The notes beneath the pieces are model-generated. The model saw only the letters and a list, made by a program, of their open reading frames with translations. It made no database searches and was not told the DNA's origin. The position numbers and the translations under genes were made by a program. DNA of 63,697 bases, the filler included, from Octopus bimaculoides (taxonomy: Eukaryota): assembly GCF_001194135.2 (NCBI RefSeq). It is 7 parts of 5 records of this genome, joined end to end, with 100 filler letters (N's around TTAATTAATTAA, not from the genome) between each part and the next. Parts side by side here need not be neighbours in the genome. Positions count along the whole stretch, not along the records: positions 35,445 to 39,562 come from NC_068994.1; positions 39,663 to 47,575 come from NC_069008.1; positions 47,676 to 57,130 come from NC_068985.1; 4 more parts are not named here. The stretch is one strand, 5' to 3'. Within the stretch, counting starts at the first letter, position 1. Each line of letters begins with the position of its first letter. Shown here one piece after another: positions 37,803 to 51,422 of this stretch.

Positions 37803-38553
37803 ACATATGCATATGTATATACGTATACATGTAAGTATGTACATATACGTATGTATATATATGCATATATATANNNNNNNNNNNNNNNNNNNNNNNNNNN
37901 NNNNNNNNNNNNNNNNNNNNNNNNNNNNNNNNNNNNNNNNNNNNNNNNNNNNNNNNNNNNNNNNNNNNNNNNNNNNNNNNNNNNNNNNNNNNNNNNNNNN
38001 NNNNNNNNNNNNNNNNNNNNNNNNNNNNNNNNNNNNNNNNNNNNNNNNNNNNNNNNNNNNNNNNNNNNNNNNNNNNNNNNNNNNNNNNNNNNNNNNNNNN
38101 NNNNNNNNNNNNNNNNNNNNNNNNNNNNNNNNNNNNNNNNNNNNNNNNNNNNNNNNNNNNNNNNNNNNNNNNNNNNNNNNNNNNNNNNNNNNNNNNNNNN
38201 NNNNNNNNNNNNNNNNNNNNNNNNNNNNNNNNNNNNNNNNNNNNNNNNNNNNNNNNNNNNNNNNNNNNNNNNNNNNNNNNNNNNNNNNNNNNNNNNNNNN
38301 NNNNNNNNNNNNNNNNNNNNNNNNNNNNNNNNNNNNNNNNNNNNNNNNNNNNNNNNNNNNNNNNNNNNNNNNNNNNNNNNNNNNNNNNNNNNNNNNNNNN
38401 NNNNNNNNNNNNNNNNNNNNNNNNNNNNNNNNNNNNNNNNNNNNNNNNNNNNNNNNNNNNNNNNNNNNNNNNNNNNNNNNNNNNNNNNNNNNNNNNNNNN
38501 NNNNNNNNNNNNNNNNNNNNNNNNNNNNNNNNNNNNNNNNNNNNNNNNNNNNN

Positions 38554-38590
<37 letters not shown>

Positions 38591-38927
38591 CATACATACA
38601 TATACATACATACGGTCATACATACATATATCCTATATATGCATACATACATATAATCCGGCGTATGTGACTTGTTCCTTGAGAAGCCTTGTGCATTTTG
38701 CTAAGTAATTATAACTTGGTAAACAAGCATGCTGAAAAAATCTCAAGATATTGTCACCGCACCAAATTTGCATTTTCCAGATACAAAACAGTAGATTAAT
38801 GATAATAATTCAGTCAGTTCTCTCCCTCTCCCCTTCCCCCTTTACGCGTGTGCGTGTGTCTGGTTGTATTTCTATATGTACGTATGCGTGCCTGTCCGCG
38901 TGTTTAGTATGCATGGATGTATGTATC

Positions 38928-38965
<38 letters not shown>

Positions 38966-39065
38966 NNNNNNNNNNNNNNNNNNNNNNNNNNNNNNNNNNN
39001 NNNNNNNNNNNNNNNNNNNNNNNNNNNNNNNNNNNNNNNNNNNNNNNNNNNNNNNNNNNNNNNNN

Positions 39066-39096
<31 letters not shown>

Positions 39097-39471
39097 AAAT
39101 GTATATATGTGTGTGTTTGTGTGGATGTGTGTACACACCCACACAAGCACCCCCCACACATATATTTGTGTGTGTGTATGTGCATGTGTATATATTTATA
39201 TAATTCTCAACGGACGTTTGTGTTCGTCACTATATAACGTATACATCACAATTGTCACACTTCCACAAACAAGACAATTTGTGTCATACCCACCGTCATT
39301 AACATTTACAGAGATTATTACCGTAACTTCATAACAGATACATACATATCCACTATTATGTAAACATATATTGTGTGTTTGTGTGTGTGTGTGTGGGAGG
39401 GGGGGGGCTAAATGTACATGTGTGTTTGTGTATAAATGTGTGAGCGTGTAGGTTTGTGTGATTGTAAATAA

Positions 39472-39507
<36 letters not shown>

Positions 39508-40620
39508 GTGGAGTAGATAGAACAGGGACAACTGACGGAGGGGAGTACTCTTTATGTTACGTNNNNNNNNNNNNNNNNNNNNNNNNNNNNNNNNNNNNNN
39601 NNNNNNTTAATTAATTAANNNNNNNNNNNNNNNNNNNNNNNNNNNNNNNNNNNNNNNNNNNNTTTTTCAAACCACCAACAAGAGGTATATATGAATAAGC
39701 CTATGCATAAATATACTGAAGCAAATACATACAAATATATATATATATATACATACATACATACATACATACATACACGCATATATGTTCTTGTGAAGAC
39801 ATCAAGCGAAGCCGACAACACATATCAGCACATGAGGATTGGTAAGATGAAACAAGATGATGATGATGATGATGATGGTGATAACAACAACAGCGGTGGC
39901 GGTGGGCAGATAAAGCATGAAAGACACAAGATATTTAAAGCCGATTCCAACACATCCTGTTAGTGAAAAATCAAAATGGAAAAAAAAAAAAAAAAAAAAA
40001 AAAACGAAAACCACAGTGATATACATAAAAGGCCATGCTGCAGCAGCAGTAGTAATATCACCCTCACTTGCCAAAGATTAGGCACACTCCTCTTCTACAT
40101 GCTGTCTCTCCCAGCACGACCACCACAACCACCATAATTCAGCCGACCTTTAATCAGTTCAGGTTTCAAGGTTTTTAATGTACCTTTGTCTCTTTCTTGA
40201 CAGGAATTTAATTTTTTAGTTTTATTTTGTTATTTGTTTCAATCACTGTGACTGCAGCCATGCTGGAGCACCACTTATGAAAGGTTTTATTGAACAAATC
40301 AATCCCACAACTATTCTTAAATTTTTTTTTTTTTTTTTTNNNNNNNNNNNNNNNNNNNNNNNNNNNNNNNNNNNNNNNNNNNNNNNNNNNNNNNNNNNNN
40401 NNNNNNNNNNNNNNNNNNNNNNNNNNNNNNNNNNNNNNNNNNNNNNNNNNNNNNNNNNNNNNNNNNNNNNNNNNNNNNNNNNNNNNNNNNNNNNNTTGGT
40501 CCCTTTTTCCAAAGAATATATAGATATATATATTCTTCCCTGTGCCTGTCAAATCTTATGTCCCTGCCGTAAGGCTTTACTTCCACACACACCAGCTTAA
40601 TTTAATTCATCCTTAGTCAA

Positions 40621-40945
40621 AAAACAGTCGTTCTCAATGTCCTGTTATTTGTATTTGTGTACCATTTCTCTGTTTTTTTTTCCGTCCTTGTTTTCGTATA
40701 CATTCGCTGCTTTCTTCCAAGAAGTCTAGTGCTCTTAGCTTAGTTTTTCCTTGGGGCTGGCCAGATTGGAGCAATTTCGAGTATAACCAGCCGAGATTGC
40801 AAAGATAGTCTGGAACTCGACTGAGGAGGGAGAGCTCCGGATGGCCCGTCCTTGTTTTCTTTGTGTCATCTGTCTGGATGTTTTGTTGTCCCTTTTTGTG
40901 TCACCTAACTGTCTGGATGTTTTGCGTTCTTGTCCCATTTTTGTA
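40621..40945 (+). mobile_element. Penelope pLTR-like relic with a degenerate hammerhead
   Basis: CTGAGGA-GGGAGAGCTCC-GGAT-GGCCCGTC at 40821-40850; the expected GAAA reads GGAT. Confidence 0.4.
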
Positions 40946-40954
40946 TTTTATATG

Positions 40955-40996
<42 letters not shown>

Positions 40997-41699
40997 AATA
41001 TACACACAATGTTATTAATTATAATTGGTTGTTATTTCATGTTCTCTGGTGTTGATGTTAAAGAATGAGACAACAGATCTGGTAAATGCTACTTAAAGTT
41101 TGCTGCTGTCAAACCAGGTTTATAGGAGATGGTGTCCTGAGTATGATTTGAAACTGCATCCTGTAAGTGGGGGGAGGGGGTTCCAGGGATTTTAAGGAAT
41201 GGGAACAATTACTATTGTTCCTGGGTCTACTCTGGCTTGGAGTAGTGGCAACTGTCAGGGTCCCAGCTATAGGTTAATTACCATGTTAGGACCTGCCCGC
41301 CTATGCTTGTGAAAACCGGATCCAGTAGACTCTGTAGAAGAAGCCTTCAAGTTCCAACAGAGCAGAAGACAACTTCAGCAATGCATTTTGGAGTGCTGAG
41401 AGCAAGGTGGGGGCAGGACACCTTGGTCATCAACTGCATTTGTCTCCATCCCCAGTTGTCTTGACCTGGTCTTACCACTGGATTGAAGATCAATCGTCAT
41501 GGACAAGAGTGAGGTTGGCAGTGCACAGTGCTTCTTCACTTAAACCATTAGCACACTTAGGGTACATCATGACGCCATACAAGTTTTCTCCCCTCTAGCT
41601 GCAGGCAAATTGTGTTGCACTCAGAGAGGAAAAGAACTTGTATGGTGACATGATGTGCCTACAGCATGCTAAAGGTTAAATGAAATAACTGCACCAAAT

Positions 41700-42215
41700 A
41701 CCAGGGATGAGGTGGTGAAGCATGACCTTCAAACATTGGGCCTCATTGAGGCAATGACAAGCGACCGAGACCTTTGGAGATATGCTGTGTTTGAGAAGAC
41801 CCAAAAGACTAAGTGAGATCATAGCTATGGCTGATGCCAGTGTTGTACAACCGACCCATTTAAAAGTTCCATTCAATCGTCGGGCAATGTGCTGTGCTTG
41901 AGGAGACCTATTGAGTCAAGTAAAATTGCTGTCATGGTTGACGCCAGTACCATCTGATTGGCACCTGTGCCAGTGCCGCTGGACTGGCTTCCATGCCGGT
42001 GACACATAAAAAACACCTTTCGAGCGTGATTGATGCCAGTCCCACCTGACTGGCCCCCGTGCCAGTGGCATGTAAAAATCACCCACTACATTCTTGGAGT
42101 GGTTGCCAGATCTGATTGGAACATGGTGCAGCTTCCTAGCTTGCTAGACCTCAGTCAAACCGCCCAACCCATGCCAGCATGGAAAGCGGACATTAAACGA
42201 CAACAACAACATGAT
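41700..42215 (+). mobile_element. RTE LINE 3' end continuing into the family D tail
   Basis: ..DEVVKHDLQTLGLIEAMTSDRDLWRYAVFEKT, then GGCAC repeats and a ..CATGGAAAGCGGACATTAAACGA tail. Confidence 0.8.
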
Positions 42216-42639
42216 ATGAAATTTAAATAAAGTCAGCATAGTTGTTCAATAGTAGTAACTAGAGTGATGTCGTCTGTATGAGATTTGTTTGTATTGCTTT
42301 GTAGACCACAACAAGATCCAGTCCTTGCTGCTGTGGTGTCTTGTCTATCTTAATGACCCTTAGAGCTAGTTCAAGCTCCTAGCAGGGCCTTTTAAGCTGC
42401 ACAGGTCAAAGGATAAAAACTTTGAAAATGGCTGCCAAAATCACTCAGGGATTAAATGCATTTTACTAGTAGTGTCTATTCAGAGTATTAAAGATCACTT
42501 GCAGGGACAGAATAGAGAAATGCTCAAATCCTGAAAGGTGCCAATCTGCACAGCCTGTAGGAGCTTGAATGGCACCTTGTGCAAGTGCCTTCCATTCTAG
42601 CCCTGGGTGGACCAATGCCTTGTGAGTGGATTTGGTGGA

Positions 42640-42890
42640 GAGGAGAGAGAGACCTGCAAGTCATGTGTTCTGACTGCCAGAAGGATGACTACCCAAGGCA
42701 GTTGTACAATGTGTTCTACCAGAAGGACAAAGAAAGAGGAGATGCAAGGGGACATGATATGGCGTGCCACCTTCAAAGATCTGAAGCAACTTAGCATTAC
42801 TTGGGAAGACACAGGCAACTATGTTCAAAACCGGGGTCATTGGAAATGCCTTGCTGCCCAGTATACAAACCAACTGTATAGGGAGAACTA
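42640..42890 (+). mobile_element. RTE-like LINE ORF C-terminal fragment
   Basis: ..LPEGQRKR..WRATFKDLKQLSITWED..VQNRGHWKCL. Confidence 0.65.
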
Positions 42891-42947
42891 AAACTTAAGA
42901 GTTCCCAGAAGTAAAAGCAGGTTTGCTTAGGGTTAACCTCCCTTTCT

Positions 42948-43335
42948 GGAGGCGCAATGGCCCAGTGGTTAGGGCAGCGGACTCGCGGTCATAGGATTGC
43001 GGTTTCGATTCCCAGACCGGGCGTTGTGAGTGTTTATTGAGCGAAAACACCTAAAGCTCCACGAGGCTCCGGCAGGGGATGGTGGCGAACCCTGCTGTAC
43101 TCTTCCACCACAACTTTCTCTCATTCTTTCTTCCTGTTTCTGTTGTGCCTGTAATTCAAAGGGTCAGCCTTGTCACACTGTGTCACACTGAATATCCCTG
43201 AGAACTACGTTAAGGGTACACGTGTCTGTGGAGTGCTCAGCCACTTGCACGTTAATTTCACGAGCAGGCTGTTCCATTGATCGGATCAACTGGAACCCTC
43301 GACGTCGTAAGCGACGAAGTGCCAACACACAACAC
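42948..43335 (+). mobile_element. SINE family B, full length with 8-bp TSD
   Basis: TSD CCCTTTCT at 42940-42947 and 43336-43343. tRNA-like head TGGCCCAGTGGTTAGGGCAGCGGACTCGCGG..GGTTTCGATTCCC. Confidence 0.95.
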
Positions 43336-43339
43336 CCCT

Positions 43340-43680
43340 TTCTAGAAAAAAAAAGCTAAGTTATAGAAACATTGATGACAATGCAAAAGTAAGAAGATCT
43401 GGGAGCGGAAGGCCTTAAAAAAATAGCACGGAATCAAGAACAAGAGAGAAGTCCTTAATGGCTTCTGCTCCAAAGTTAGAGTGAAAGGCTGAAGTAGAGG
43501 TGTGAGAAAGTTGTGTAGTCGAAGATAAAAAAAGAAAAAACAGTGGATGAGAGACTGATCCTTGTGGTACATCATTTAGAGAAAAATGCAAATTTTTGGA
43601 AATAATGCTATTGTATGCTAATATATGCGTTTGGTAGACTGTGTCCAGGGGTTACAGTTGTGTGTCATGTAATGTAGCAC
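43340..43680 (-). mobile_element. Highly decayed LINE reverse transcriptase relic
   Basis: Minus strand GTACCACAAGGATCAGTC encodes VPQGSV; a second copy reading RGVPQGSV lies at 44022-44150. Confidence 0.55.
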
Positions 43681-43716
43681 CTAGTATGCTTTGCAGAGGT
43701 GTGGGAATGTTATTAA

Positions 43717-43993
43717 CCCATTACCTACCAGTGATCTCATATGAGATCACTTAAAAATTACAAACTTCGTAATTATCTGTCAATATTTACACATATCTAA
43801 CCTTTTTGCTATATCTACTAGGTATATTTCTCTGATATTCAAATGAGGTTTGTTAATTTTTCACCCAATATCTCACTTATTTCTATTTAAAATGTTAATT
43901 TGATCATTCCAGCATGTTTCTAAGGCTGTTTTATGCTAGAAATCAAAGTTTCAAAAAAAAAAAAAATTCCAGTTAATAGAATTATGTAATGGG
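43717..43993. mobile_element. piggyBac-type MITE
   Basis: TTAA-CCCATTAC...GTAATGGG-TTAA. Confidence 0.85.
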
Positions 43994-44731
43994 TTAATTA
44001 AAGGTAAAAAACAGCGGTTAGCAGACTGATCCTTGTGGTACACCTCTGAGATAAAAATGCAAATTCTGGAAATAATGTTATTGTATCTTAATCCACGGAT
44101 TTTCAAGCTGTGTCCAGTAGTTACGGTTCCATGTTGTGTATATACAGCCGTTGATTATGGTGGTAAATCGATAAGTAACAATAGAGATAAGTAATTGGTG
44201 ATCTTCAAATACAACAGGCAGTCAAGTAGGATGGAAGATATTAGAAAAACAAAAACAAAAAAAAAAAAAGAAAAAGAAAAGCTGATCAATCCAACCAATC
44301 AATCAACAAGTCATTGCAAGACAAAATAATAGCATTAATGAATAGCAAGTGTACCTAAAATTATTCTGTAGACAGTTTGGAGAAAACAACAGACCCAAAT
44401 CAGAGAAGTGGAAATTAAACACCTTAAACACTACCATGGCTTTTGCAACTTATATATACGNNNNNNNNNNNNNNNNNNNNNNNNNNNNNNNNNNNNNNNN
44501 NNNNNNNNNNNNNNNNNNNNNNNNNNNNNNNNNNNNNNNNNNNNNNNNNNNNNNNNNNNNNNNNNNNNNNNNNNNNNNNNNNNNNNNNNNNNNNNNNNNN
44601 NNNNNNNNNNNNNNNNNNNNNNNNNNNNNNNNNNNNNNNNNNNNNNNNNNNNNNNNNNNNNNNNNNNNNNNNNNNNNNNNNNNNNNNNNNNNNNNNNNNN
44701 NNNNNNNNNNNNNNNNNNNNNNNNNNNNNNN

Positions 44732-44990
44732 NGATGGTGGCGAACCCTGCTGTACTCTTTCACCACAACTTTCTCTCACTCTTACTTCCTGTTTCTGTTG
44801 TGCCTGTAATTCAAAGGGTCAGCCTTGTCACACTGTGTGTCACGCTGAATATCCCCGAGAACTACGTTAAGGGAACACGTGTCTGTGGAGTGCTCAGCCA
44901 CTTGCACGTTAATTTCATGAGCAGGCTGTTCCATTGATCGGATCAACTAGAACCCTCGACGTCGTAAGCAACGGAGTGCCAACAACAACA
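44732..44990 (+). mobile_element. SINE family B, 3' half
   Basis: Consensus match starting after the gap. Confidence 0.88.
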
Positions 44991-45345
44991 ATACACATGT
45001 GTATGTGTTTGTGTGTGTGTGTGTGTGTGTGTGCGCACACACACACACATATATTAGCTTAAAAACCACATTCTGTGTGGACTTTTATGCTAGATCCTGC
45101 AGAGGAATATTTGGGCTTGTGGCCCAAAACTAAAGAGAGCTAAATAGCATGACTATAATACGTCTATAATGACTATATGCCCTGGTGGTGTTTGATCAGA
45201 GATTAAGGACGGATGAGAATTAATTCTGTAATGTAATCATTCTGTTGTTCCAGTCCCAAGTTGAATTCCAACTGTTGGTCAATTTGTCCCAAAGTTCCTA
45301 TCTAGACGTAAAATTAACGAAGTGAATGTCCTTTCTCTCCCCGCT

Positions 45346-45386
45346 TGACCTCTGACGTCATCTGACAAACGCCAACCAAGATGGCG
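45346..45386 (+). promoter_or_regulatory. Candidate promoter motif cluster (full CRE and YY1 site)
   Basis: TGACGTCA at 45353-45360 and CAAGATGGCG at 45377-45386, in sequence not recognised as repeat. Motif match only. Confidence 0.3.
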
Positions 45387-45863
45387 TGAATCAACCAAGC
45401 TTTACTTGCTAGAAATAGCAACCCAAATGCTTTGAAACCAGATCCCAATACTGGATGCTCAAGAACCAAACGAAGGGCAGATTCTTAACCCCTGATTCCC
45501 AAAAGGTATGATATGTTTATGTTGAGCAAATGAAAATTGAGATACAAAGGTCCCAGACAGACAGAATTTTGCTTTTATCATAACAGATATATTATTCTTG
45601 AGCAAGAATACTACTGACAGTGAGTTTGAAGCTTCGACCAGTTAAATAATCATTGGACAATTGCTTAACTGGCTGAAACTTTGCAGCCACAGTCAATAAT
45701 ATTCTTATTTAAGAATATAGAGTAACCCATCAGATTAATGCAAACTGTTTTTATGATAACTGAACATTAAAAAGCATCAATATATATATATAAATTCTAA
45801 TTAACCCTAATATATTCTCTGTGCCTTTTCAACTTCACTTATTGTATTCTACTATTCATTTAG

Positions 45864-45910
<47 letters not shown>

Positions 45911-47675
45911 TGTGAATAGCAATGGTAGAGTGGCATTTGTGATTTGCATTCTGGTTGAACAAATGCTTATTTCCATCAACATGAAACCTTGGGTTCCAGA
46001 AAGTTAACATGAATTCCATGGAAAAGAAACTGTTTATATACTGCTCTTGTGTTGAGTACTCGTTCTTCCAGTGCGATAATAACATATGTGCCAGTATGTG
46101 TCTGTTTGTGTATAAACACACAAATGCAGAAAGAGAGCAAAAAATAATAACACTAATACAAATAAATATCTTACAAGAGTAATGAAAATATTCCTTTTTT
46201 TCCCTTCTTTTTGTGCCATGTAAAACATCCGAGCAGTGTGCTGGATGAAAGTGAAAAATTCAGATTTGGGGGTAGTTATATCATCCAGTGCAATGATGGC
46301 CAAAACAGAAGCCAAAACACTTGAAATTTGATCCATGTTATATATATTTAATAATTACACACACATACATATATTTAACATGTACGTATTTTCAAGGGTC
46401 CTTTTGATTTGACAATCACTACATTTTATTACTTATATACATTTATACACAAACACACACACACACAAATGAATAAACATCTGTGCGCATGTATTCATGT
46501 TGTGTGTGTGGGTGTGTGTGTGTGTGTAAATAAATACACACGTGATAAAGTGATACAGATATGTACTTATGGGCTAATGTGTTTGTCCTGGGGATATCAT
46601 CAAACTGCCTCCAGTGTAACAATTCTGGTTTGGGGTCTCTGGAGTTATGGAGAGTGATTTTGGCAATCATTTTCCAAGTTTTTACCCTTTGAGCTGTCCA
46701 GCATAGGAGGCCCTACTAGGAACCTGAACTGGTTCTTAGGGTCATTAAGGGTACATAAGGCACCACAGCGGCAAGGATTGGAGATTGTGGAGGTCTACAA
46801 AGCAATACAAACAAATCTCCTATATAGACAACACCACTCTGATACCTCCCTCACCGTTTTCTAGTTAATTACCACTACCCCTTAATTATCTTTATTCCCA
46901 GATCCATTCTGCCCTAGAACAGCAGTATCTGTCAAGGTCCCATCTATGGGCTAAATAGATTTCCCACGGGTAGACGAGGCGCCCATTGTTTTTGACAAAG
47001 CCACGGGAGAAGCAGCTCTTCCAGAAGATACACTGACATAATACACAGAGTCAAAATAATTGCCATTCATCTTGCAATGTTTGTCACTGAAATCCAATGG
47101 CATACACATATCTTATTGTCATTTCATTTTCTGATCTAGTTTGTATTTTATAAAGTCCTTTGGCAATGGATGCATAATGACGTGAATTATCTGCATATGT
47201 GCAAGGATGAAAGTAAACCAGAGCAATCAGGCTAAATGTGAGAATGGTTATCATCTGACGAGGTGAGGCAGGGATTACATGTGTGTGCTCAGTGTGTGTT
47301 CAAGGCCTCACTGACTGACAGTGGTGTGTTGCCACTGCTTATAAACCTTGGACAGATATGTTGCAATGAAATACATGGCATGCCCATTGTTACACCTGGT
47401 CTCAGTGTAGGTTTGTAGTTGATAACTGAGGAATGAAGAAGTTGTAAAAGACAAGAGCTGTTGCCTAATCAAGAAATGAAACTTCATAGCAACTCAGAAA
47501 ATAAAAACAGTCAAGATTTTCATGTTAAGCTTTAAAAAAAAAAGTATTGTAAAGTGCTTTTGTCAGTTCTAACACNNNNNNNNNNNNNNNNNNNNNNNNN
47601 NNNNNNNNNNNNNNNNNNNTTAATTAATTAANNNNNNNNNNNNNNNNNNNNNNNNNNNNNNNNNNNNNNNNNNNN

Positions 47676-47970
47676 AACCCATGGAAAACAAACCTCATCC
47701 AGCTATTCTGATTATATGTCTGTGCACACGTTTGAACGTGGTGTGTGCCAGAGGGTTTGCAAATCCAATGGGGGTCTTAAAAGACATGTTAGGATCCACA
47801 ATGAGCAGAACTTACTTGCAGGTATTGGTAGTGCAAATCAGAGGTGCAATCTGTGTGGGTGTTTTTTCAAAACACTGTCTGGTTTAAAAAGCCACATCAG
47901 ACGCCATGAAAGGGCTAAGGTGTAGGTGCAGGAGGTGGTCAAACTCTGTTTAAGGAGTAGACAACCACCA
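47676..47970 (+). mobile_element. LINE (RTE-like) 3' end with two C-terminal C2H2-type fingers and (ATGT)n tail
   Basis: VCQRVCKSNGGLKRHVRIH..CNLCGCFFKTLSGLKSHIRRH..*; a short UTR leads directly into the tetramer tail. Confidence 0.7.
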
Positions 47971-48509
47971 TGTATGTATGTATGTATGTATGTATGTATG
48001 TATGTATGTATATGTGCAGATTTGCTTTATGAATGTATTCTCAAGTATATAGTTGCATATCTAGACATGTTCATATATATTTAAATGATAAACTTCTGGA
48101 AAGTTTTTTTTTTTACAGTTCTAGTGATGGATTGAATCTGTAGTCTTCGAGGTCAATAGAGATTTATTTTTCCATATGACTACCATATGACCATACGGCG
48201 AGCGTCTTCACAGTTTCCATATGCCAAATTTACTCACAAAGCACTGGTCGGCACGAGATTAGCGTATAGTAGAAGATTCTTGCTCAAGCTGCCACGCAAT
48301 GGGACTGAACCCAAAATCACGTGGTTGCAAAGCGAGCTTCTAAAACACACGTATGTCTGCACCTTAGTGATAAAAAATCTCGATAGATAATTTTAGATGA
48401 AAATAGTTTACTTCCGAAGAGATTGCTTATATGCCATTTGTATAATCTTTAATCGACCTGTCTAATGAAACACTCATTCCTATTTTTGAGTGCATATTAT
48501 TATTTTTAT

Positions 48510-48970
48510 TCTTTCATTCTTTTATTCTTGTCTCAGTCATTGGGCTTCAGCCTTGCTGGAGTTTTTTTTTCCTTCCTTTCATGTTTGGCACTTATTCTAT
48601 AGTGTTTTTGCCGAGCAGCAAAGTCATGGATCGTAAACAAACGAACATCGGTTGTAAGGCGGTGTGGAGAAAATATAAAAACAAACGTATACATACACAT
48701 ACTCTCTCTCCCTCACACACACACACACACACTAACACACACACACACACAGACACACACACACACACACATATATATATGATTGTATGTATGTGTTTTA
48801 CCTATGTATGTTTGCATTTATGTATATGTGATGGGCTTCCACGCAGTTTCTATCTACCAAACTCACTCACAAGCCATTATTCAGCCCGGGACTGCAGACG
48901 AAGACACTTGCCCAAAGTGTCACGCAATGGAACTAATCCTGAAACCACAAACTTGCAAAGGAAATTTCTT
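48510..48970 (-). mobile_element. Decayed SINE family A
   Basis: Reverse-complement match with an internal (CA)n tract; another partial copy lies at 48200-48345. Confidence 0.7.
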
Positions 48971-49662
48971 AAATACGTGGCCACATATAACAACTATGTG
49001 ACGTTTATAAGATCCAACTAAGACAGAAAAGAGAGATAAGCTTTGTTCACATGAGATGAATCAGGCACCATTTGCTTAAAAATCCTGACCACTTACGTTA
49101 CAGCTTGAATGCATTTTAGAGTTTAATATTCGTTCTCGGTCACAAACACAAAAGTATTTCAGTGTGACTCTGCTCTATGGTAAAGGATAGTGAAGCTACA
49201 TATCAGGTGGTGATTCAATGGCTACGAAGTTATCCTGTGAAACTCATGTGATATGAAGGGAAGTAATAATGTTTTGTTTTGCTTTTCGGTAAAACGTTTT
49301 TTAGTCGTATTATGATGGTCGAAATTAGTAGAAACAATTCTGTGTAGTCAGTAACACGATCGACATACAAGCGACACTCATGTGGTTTGATTATTGTAAT
49401 AGGATGAATACTCCTTTTTTTGTCTTAGGCACAAACATATAAGTAGATTATACACACACACACACAGATGGACAGACGTATACATGCTTGTTTGTATGTA
49501 TGTCTGCATGTGTGTATGTATGTTTGTATTGATGTATTTATGCATTTATGTATGTATGCTGTATTGCACTTCAGAGTATGTCTGTACGTGTTTAGTGAAA
49601 ACAGATGTAAACATCTTGTCTGTTTATACAATATCTTCATATGTATGCATGCATGTAATGTA

Positions 49663-49693
<31 letters not shown>

Positions 49694-50655
49694 ATGAATG
49701 TATGTGTGTACGTATGTATGTATACATGTATGTATATATATATATTTGTTTGTATGTATATACACACACAAACACATATATACACACACATACACACACA
49801 TACATACATATATATGTATGTATATAAACATATAGAACTCAAACACACACCATACACGCGTATATATCCACATGTACAGACACAAATACACACATATGCG
49901 CATACACACACGTACGCACCCAAATACATGCACAGTCATACGTACATATACATACATACATACATACATACATACATACATACATACATAAATACATACA
50001 TACATGTAAGAAATAATACACCTAAAGAAATTTATTTTTAAAACCCACCCAATTGACATTGGCACAATTTTCACAGCTATTTTACCAACCTAACTTTAAT
50101 TGCTATCCAGAGACGGAGAAACATTAACGTCATAGTAACTGACAACGACCTGTTGGTTTAACTATATAACAACCATGCCACTGGAACCAGCTATAAACAA
50201 AAGAGTGCAAGTCGTCCTTATGCCTAGAATGGACGCATTGTTAGTGATTTGTTGCTATAGTAAGAAGAGACACGTTGGTTTCGCTTCAAAATAAGCAAAG
50301 GATTTTTTTTTCTTTGCAAGTTGTCATCTTGAGAGGATTGTCTGTTGGAAGAGGTGTGTGTATAGGAAGATAAAAAAGATTAAAGAGAGTAAGAGGGGTG
50401 TTAGAGGAATTAGGGGTATAGGAAGGAGCGGTAAGTATTGTTAGTTAAATGAGGGTAGCAATTACTGTCGTATAGTTACAAACACGTCCATATATATATA
50501 TATATATATATATATAGCTTTCCTCACATTTGCCGATATAGATATACAAACACACGTGTTATCGTTACGCATACGCACATGCAAATATTCTAAAAGCCAA
50601 CTATCCTATATGTGAATGTGTATGTATGTCTGTATATGAATTCATGTGTGTGTGT

Positions 50656-50705
<50 letters not shown>

Positions 50706-51422
50706 ATGTGTCTGTATGGAAATTGACAGAGAGATAGACAGATAGACATATAGACAAACAGACAAACTGACTGATAGGTACATACATAATATACGTTTAT
50801 GTTTAAGTGTGTATACAAATATATGCATAAATATATGTATATATATAAATATATACATATATATATATATATANNNNNNNNNNNNNNNNNNNNNNNNNNN
50901 NNNNNNNNNNNNNNNNNNNNNNNNNNNNNNNNNNNNNNNNNNNNNNNNNNNNNNNNNNNNNNNNNNNNNNNNNNNNNNNNNNNNNNNNNNNNNNNNNNNN
51001 NNNNNNNNNNNNNNNNNNNNNNNNNNNNNNNNNNNNNNNNNNNNNNNNNNNNNNNNNNNNNNNNNNNNNNNNNNNNNNNNNNNNNNNNNNNNNNNNNNNN
51101 NNNNNNNNNNNNNNNNNNNNNNNNNNNNNNNNNNNNNNNNNNNNNNNNNNNNNNNNNNNNNNNNNNNNNNNNNNNNNNNNNNNNNNNNNNNNNNNNNNNN
51201 NNNNNNNNNNNNNNNNNNNNNNNNNNNNNNNNNNNNNNNNNNNNNNNNNNNNNNNNNNNNNNNNNNNNNNNNNNNNNNNNNNNNNNNNNNNNNNNNNNNN
51301 NNNNNNNNNNNNNNNNNNNNNNNNNNNNNNNNNNNNNNNNNNNNNNNNNNNNNNNNNNNNNNNNNNNNNNNNNNNNNNNNNNNNNNNNNNNNNNNNNNNN
51401 NNNNNNNNNNNNNNNNNNNNNN

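Noticed and set aside
42948-43025. tRNA-like heads of SINE families A, B and others as real tRNA genes
   Set aside because: Each continues into a shared SINE body and tail, here with a TSD, and lacks a proper acceptor stem.
47716-47925. Two C2H2-like fingers suggesting a member of the octopus ZNF expansion
   Set aside because: No TGEKP linkers, and a short UTR leads straight into an (ATGT)n tail; better explained as a LINE ORF2 C-terminus.
49095-49230. Minus-strand CAG...GTAAGT exon-like segment
   Set aside because: Stops in all three frames; only a non-coding exon is possible and I cannot support one.
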